A stretch of 64,000 nucleotides of DNA from assembly GCA_036394995.1 (NCBI GenBank), contig DASWED010000060.1, forward strand, positions 4,001-68,000, in the 5' to 3' direction. The position numbers were made by a program, and so were the translations under genes. This document shows, piece by piece, positions 61,841 to 64,000 of this stretch (positions within the stretch are counted from its first letter, which is position 1; each line of letters opens with the position of its first letter). Under the pieces are notes generated by a model that made no database searches, was not told where the DNA came from, and was given only the letters and a program-made list of their open reading frames with translations. This DNA is from Actinomycetota bacterium (lineage in GTDB: Bacteria; Actinomycetota; UBA4738; JACQTL01).

Positions 61841-63186
61841 GTGAGCCGAGCGGTCTGGAGCGTTTCGGCCGCGTACGCCGTGATCTTGATGTAGTTCAGC
61901 TGGACGCCCACGTTCGACTCCTGGCACAGCAGGCGGACGTCCGACCGCTCCGAGAACGTCCGGTGCAGGGCCAGCACGAACGGCTGGATGTGGTCGATCG
62001 TCCCGATGGGCGACATCTGGAGGTCGACCTCGTCGTACTTCCCCGTCGCCGCGAGCCGGCACCGCACCAAGGGGAACGTGTTCACCGTGTTGTCCACCCA
62101 GGCCTTCGCCGTCATGAGGTAGTGCCCCGGCGGGAGCGACATGGACGTCACCTGGGTGAACGTCGAGCTCGCGGTGACGTCGGCCGGTCCGTCGTAGAAC
62201 CCCGAGTACACCTTCGGGGCCTGGTCGTCGGGGATCGGCGCGAAGTGCTGGCTCGTGGCGAGATCCTGGTTGCGGTACGCGCCCGCCCGGATCGCGGTGA
62301 GCCGGAGGAAGCGGAGCTCGTCGGTGCCGGGCGGCTGACCGGAGGCGCACAGCAGGACGACGGCGTCCCCGGAGCCGAAGGTGTGGATCACCTGCAGGGC
62401 GAGCGGGAGCCGGTCCGCGATGCCCCCCTCCGCGTTGTTCGCCCCCGCGATGCGGTCGAGGTCCCCGCCGGCCGTCAGGCGGCACGTCCACGTCGCCCCG
62501 GAGCTCGGGGCGGCCGACTGCGCCACCGCCTTGGCCGTCACGCTCCACCTCCCGGCGGGGAGCCGTAACGTGGCCACGGCCGCCTCGGTGCTGTTACCGG
62601 GCATCGACACGGGTCCCTGGTCGAACCCGGTGATGGCCCGGGTCCTGCTGCCGGGGGAGCCGAAGGCCGCCTGCCCGCCCACCCGGAGGTTCCGGACGGT
62701 GAGGGCGCCCGTCTTGAACGCGATGATCCGGATGTTCTCCACCACGATGTCGCCCGTCGAGCCCGCGGAGCCGCATCGCAGCAGGGCCCGGCCGTCCGAG
62801 TCGAAGTGGTGGGACACGGCCAGCAGGAACGCCTCCCGCGACGAGTCGCCGCCGGCCCCAATGGGCGCCGCGCGGATCTCGTCCGCGTCGGCCCCCGCCG
62901 TCAACCGGCACCCGGTCGGGACGAACGTGGAGAGCTCGGCGAGGGTGTTCCGGAGCACCCCCTTGGCGTAGAAGGTCCAGTTGCCCCGCGGAACAGCCAG
63001 GTGGGCCACGGTGCCGAAGGTGCTGCCGCCCTGGACGTCCACGGGACCGACGAGCTTCCCGGCCCGCATGACCGGCTGGACGGTCGTCCCCACGGCGAAC
63101 GGCGCGGGGACGAACATCAGGACGGTCAGGACCGTGACTGCGATCGCGATCGCGCGGACTCGAAGGGATGGTCGGGACCGTTCCAC
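61837..63186 (-). CDS. Secreted protein of three tandem ~141-aa repeats (unknown family)
   Basis: GTG 63186 with GGAGG 5 nt upstream. Signal AIAIAVTVLTVLMFVPAPFAVG. 449 aa. Cys pairs at residues 93/138, 235/280 and 376/421. Recurring pattern LP(A/P)G-W/Y...AK...C-RL-(T/A)-A...LLC...I(R/K)I(I/T)A. Confidence 0.7.
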   Translation of the reverse strand: MERSRPSLRVRAIAIAVTVLTVLMFVPAPFAVGTTVQPVMRAGKLVGPVDVQGGSTFGTVAHLAVPRGNWTFYAKGVLRNTLAELSTFVPTGCRLTAGADADEIRAAPIGAGGDSSREAFLLAVSHHFDSDGRALLRCGSAGSTGDIVVENIRIIAFKTGALTVRNLRVGGQAAFGSPGSRTRAITGFDQGPVSMPGNSTEAAVATLRLPAGRWSVTAKAVAQSAAPSSGATWTCRLTAGGDLDRIAGANNAEGGIADRLPLALQVIHTFGSGDAVVLLCASGQPPGTDELRFLRLTAIRAGAYRNQDLATSQHFAPIPDDQAPKVYSGFYDGPADVTASSTFTQVTSMSLPPGHYLMTAKAWVDNTVNTFPLVRCRLAATGKYDEVDLQMSPIGTIDHIQPFVLALHRTFSERSDVRLLCQESNVGVQLNYIKITAYAAETLQTARLT

Positions 63187-63294
63187 GGGCACCTCCGTCG
63201 TGGGTGGCGACCCGGCCGTGGGGCGCGGATCAGGCCCCCATCCTTCATCCCGTTGCGCGAAAGAGCAAGCGAAAAGCCCCAGTATCATCGGTCG

Positions 63295-64000
63295 GTGGCC
63301 GAGCGAGCGGTGTCGCTGGAACACCCGGACGGCGAGGGGGTGCGGGCCCACGTCTCCCAGGAGCCCGTGCGGGGCGGGTACGCGGATCCGTCGGTCCTCG
63401 GGTTCAGCGGGCTGGAGCGGATGCGGGTCTCGATCCGGGGGCTGCTCCCGGCGCCGCCGATCTATCACCTCACGGGCCTCCGGGTCGTGCAGGCCGACGA
63501 GACGTCGTCGACGTTCGTGATGCCGGCCTCGCCCTGGTTCCGGACCCCGGCCGGTGTGTTCTCATCCGGGACCCTGGCGTTCCTGGCGGACGCGCCGCTG
63601 GGGAGTGCCATCGCCGTGGCCCTCCCGCCGGGCCAACTGCTGGTGACGTCCGACCTGTCGATGAACTACCTCCGTCCGGCGTCCACGGCCAGCGGGGAGC
63701 TGGTGGGGCGGGCCCAGCTGATCCACGCCGGGTCGAGGCTCGGCCTGTCCGAGATCCGGATCGAGGACGCCGAGGGCCGGCTCCTGGCACACGGCACCAC
63801 CCGGTGCTTCCTGTTCCGGCCGATGTCGCCGCCGCCCGAGCCGCCGGACCCGGCCTCGCTGACCCGCTACGCGCCCGAGTACCCGACGCCCGACCCCTAT
63901 CTCCGCCCCGCTCCCGGCGACGTGGTCCCCCAGGAGGTCTGGGACACCACGAGCGGCCTCGACGTGCACCGGGCCCTCATCGCCCGGGAGCTGCCCGCGC
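63295..64000 (+). CDS. Hotdog-fold (PaaI-like) thioesterase superfamily protein, 3' end outside window
   Basis: Own translation from GTG 63295: VAERAVSLEHPDGEG...LTGLRVVQADETSSTFVMPASPWFRTPAGVFSSGTLAFLADAPLGSAI...LVTSDLSMNYLRPA...AQLIHAGSRLGLSEIRIEDAEGRLLAHGTTRCF. The frame is open to the window end. It is absent from the ORF track because no stop is present. Confidence 0.6.
   Translation, partial: MAERAVSLEHPDGEGVRAHVSQEPVRGGYADPSVLGFSGLERMRVSIRGLLPAPPIYHLTGLRVVQADETSSTFVMPASPWFRTPAGVFSSGTLAFLADAPLGSAIAVALPPGQLLVTSDLSMNYLRPASTASGELVGRAQLIHAGSRLGLSEIRIEDAEGRLLAHGTTRCFLFRPMSPPPEPPDPASLTRYAPEYPTPDPYLRPAPGDVVPQEVWDTTSGLDVHRALIARELPA

Overview
High-GC (about 70%) chromosomal segment with actinobacterial hallmarks. 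A conserved Gram-positive housekeeping backbone is present: pmt/rsmI divergent pair, metG-tatD-(rpfB/yabE-position gene)-ksgA-ispE-tRNA-Gln, glmU-prs, ctc(rplY)-pth and mfd. I support about 57 protein-coding genes and 1 tRNA. I saw no rRNA, CRISPR array, transposase, integrase or prophage genes. The left end carries two divergent CO-dehydrogenase-type Mo-hydroxylase clusters: coxMSL (partial) and a form II-like S-L-M cluster with AYRGAGR, followed by coxD/coxE-like MoxR and VWA genes. Other content includes two multicopper oxidases, a cupredoxin lipoprotein, a LarA-like/macro/rhodanese string, an FtsX-type ABC exporter with two ATPase genes, an ECF sigma module, an envelope-modification island, an MMPL transporter and a GAF-GGDEF-HD-GYP protein. 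Many long ORFs in the supplied track are off-frame high-GC artefacts (Arg/Pro/Gly-rich) and were rejected. The best candidates for undescribed biology are all at the right end. (1) 58859-60939: a translationally coupled pair of Orc1/Cdc6-like AAA+ ATPases, one with a winged helix, no recognisable effector, and an apparently leaderless promoter. (2) 57903-58088: a 61-aa signal-peptide micro-protein with His-rich and fourfold DMY repeats, directly upstream of the c-di-GMP enzyme. (3) 61837-63186: a secreted protein built of three ~141-aa repeats, each with a Cys pair exactly 45 residues apart. Also notable are an RlpA-type DPBB domain replacing the Rpf domain at the rpfB position behind a long leader with an SD-sequestering hairpin, a sulfatase-fold protein with T-L-P-S-H in place of C/S-x-P-x-R, and recurrent -10 boxes 6-9 nt from start codons (leaderless architecture). 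All functional calls come from reading motifs by eye; no database search was run.
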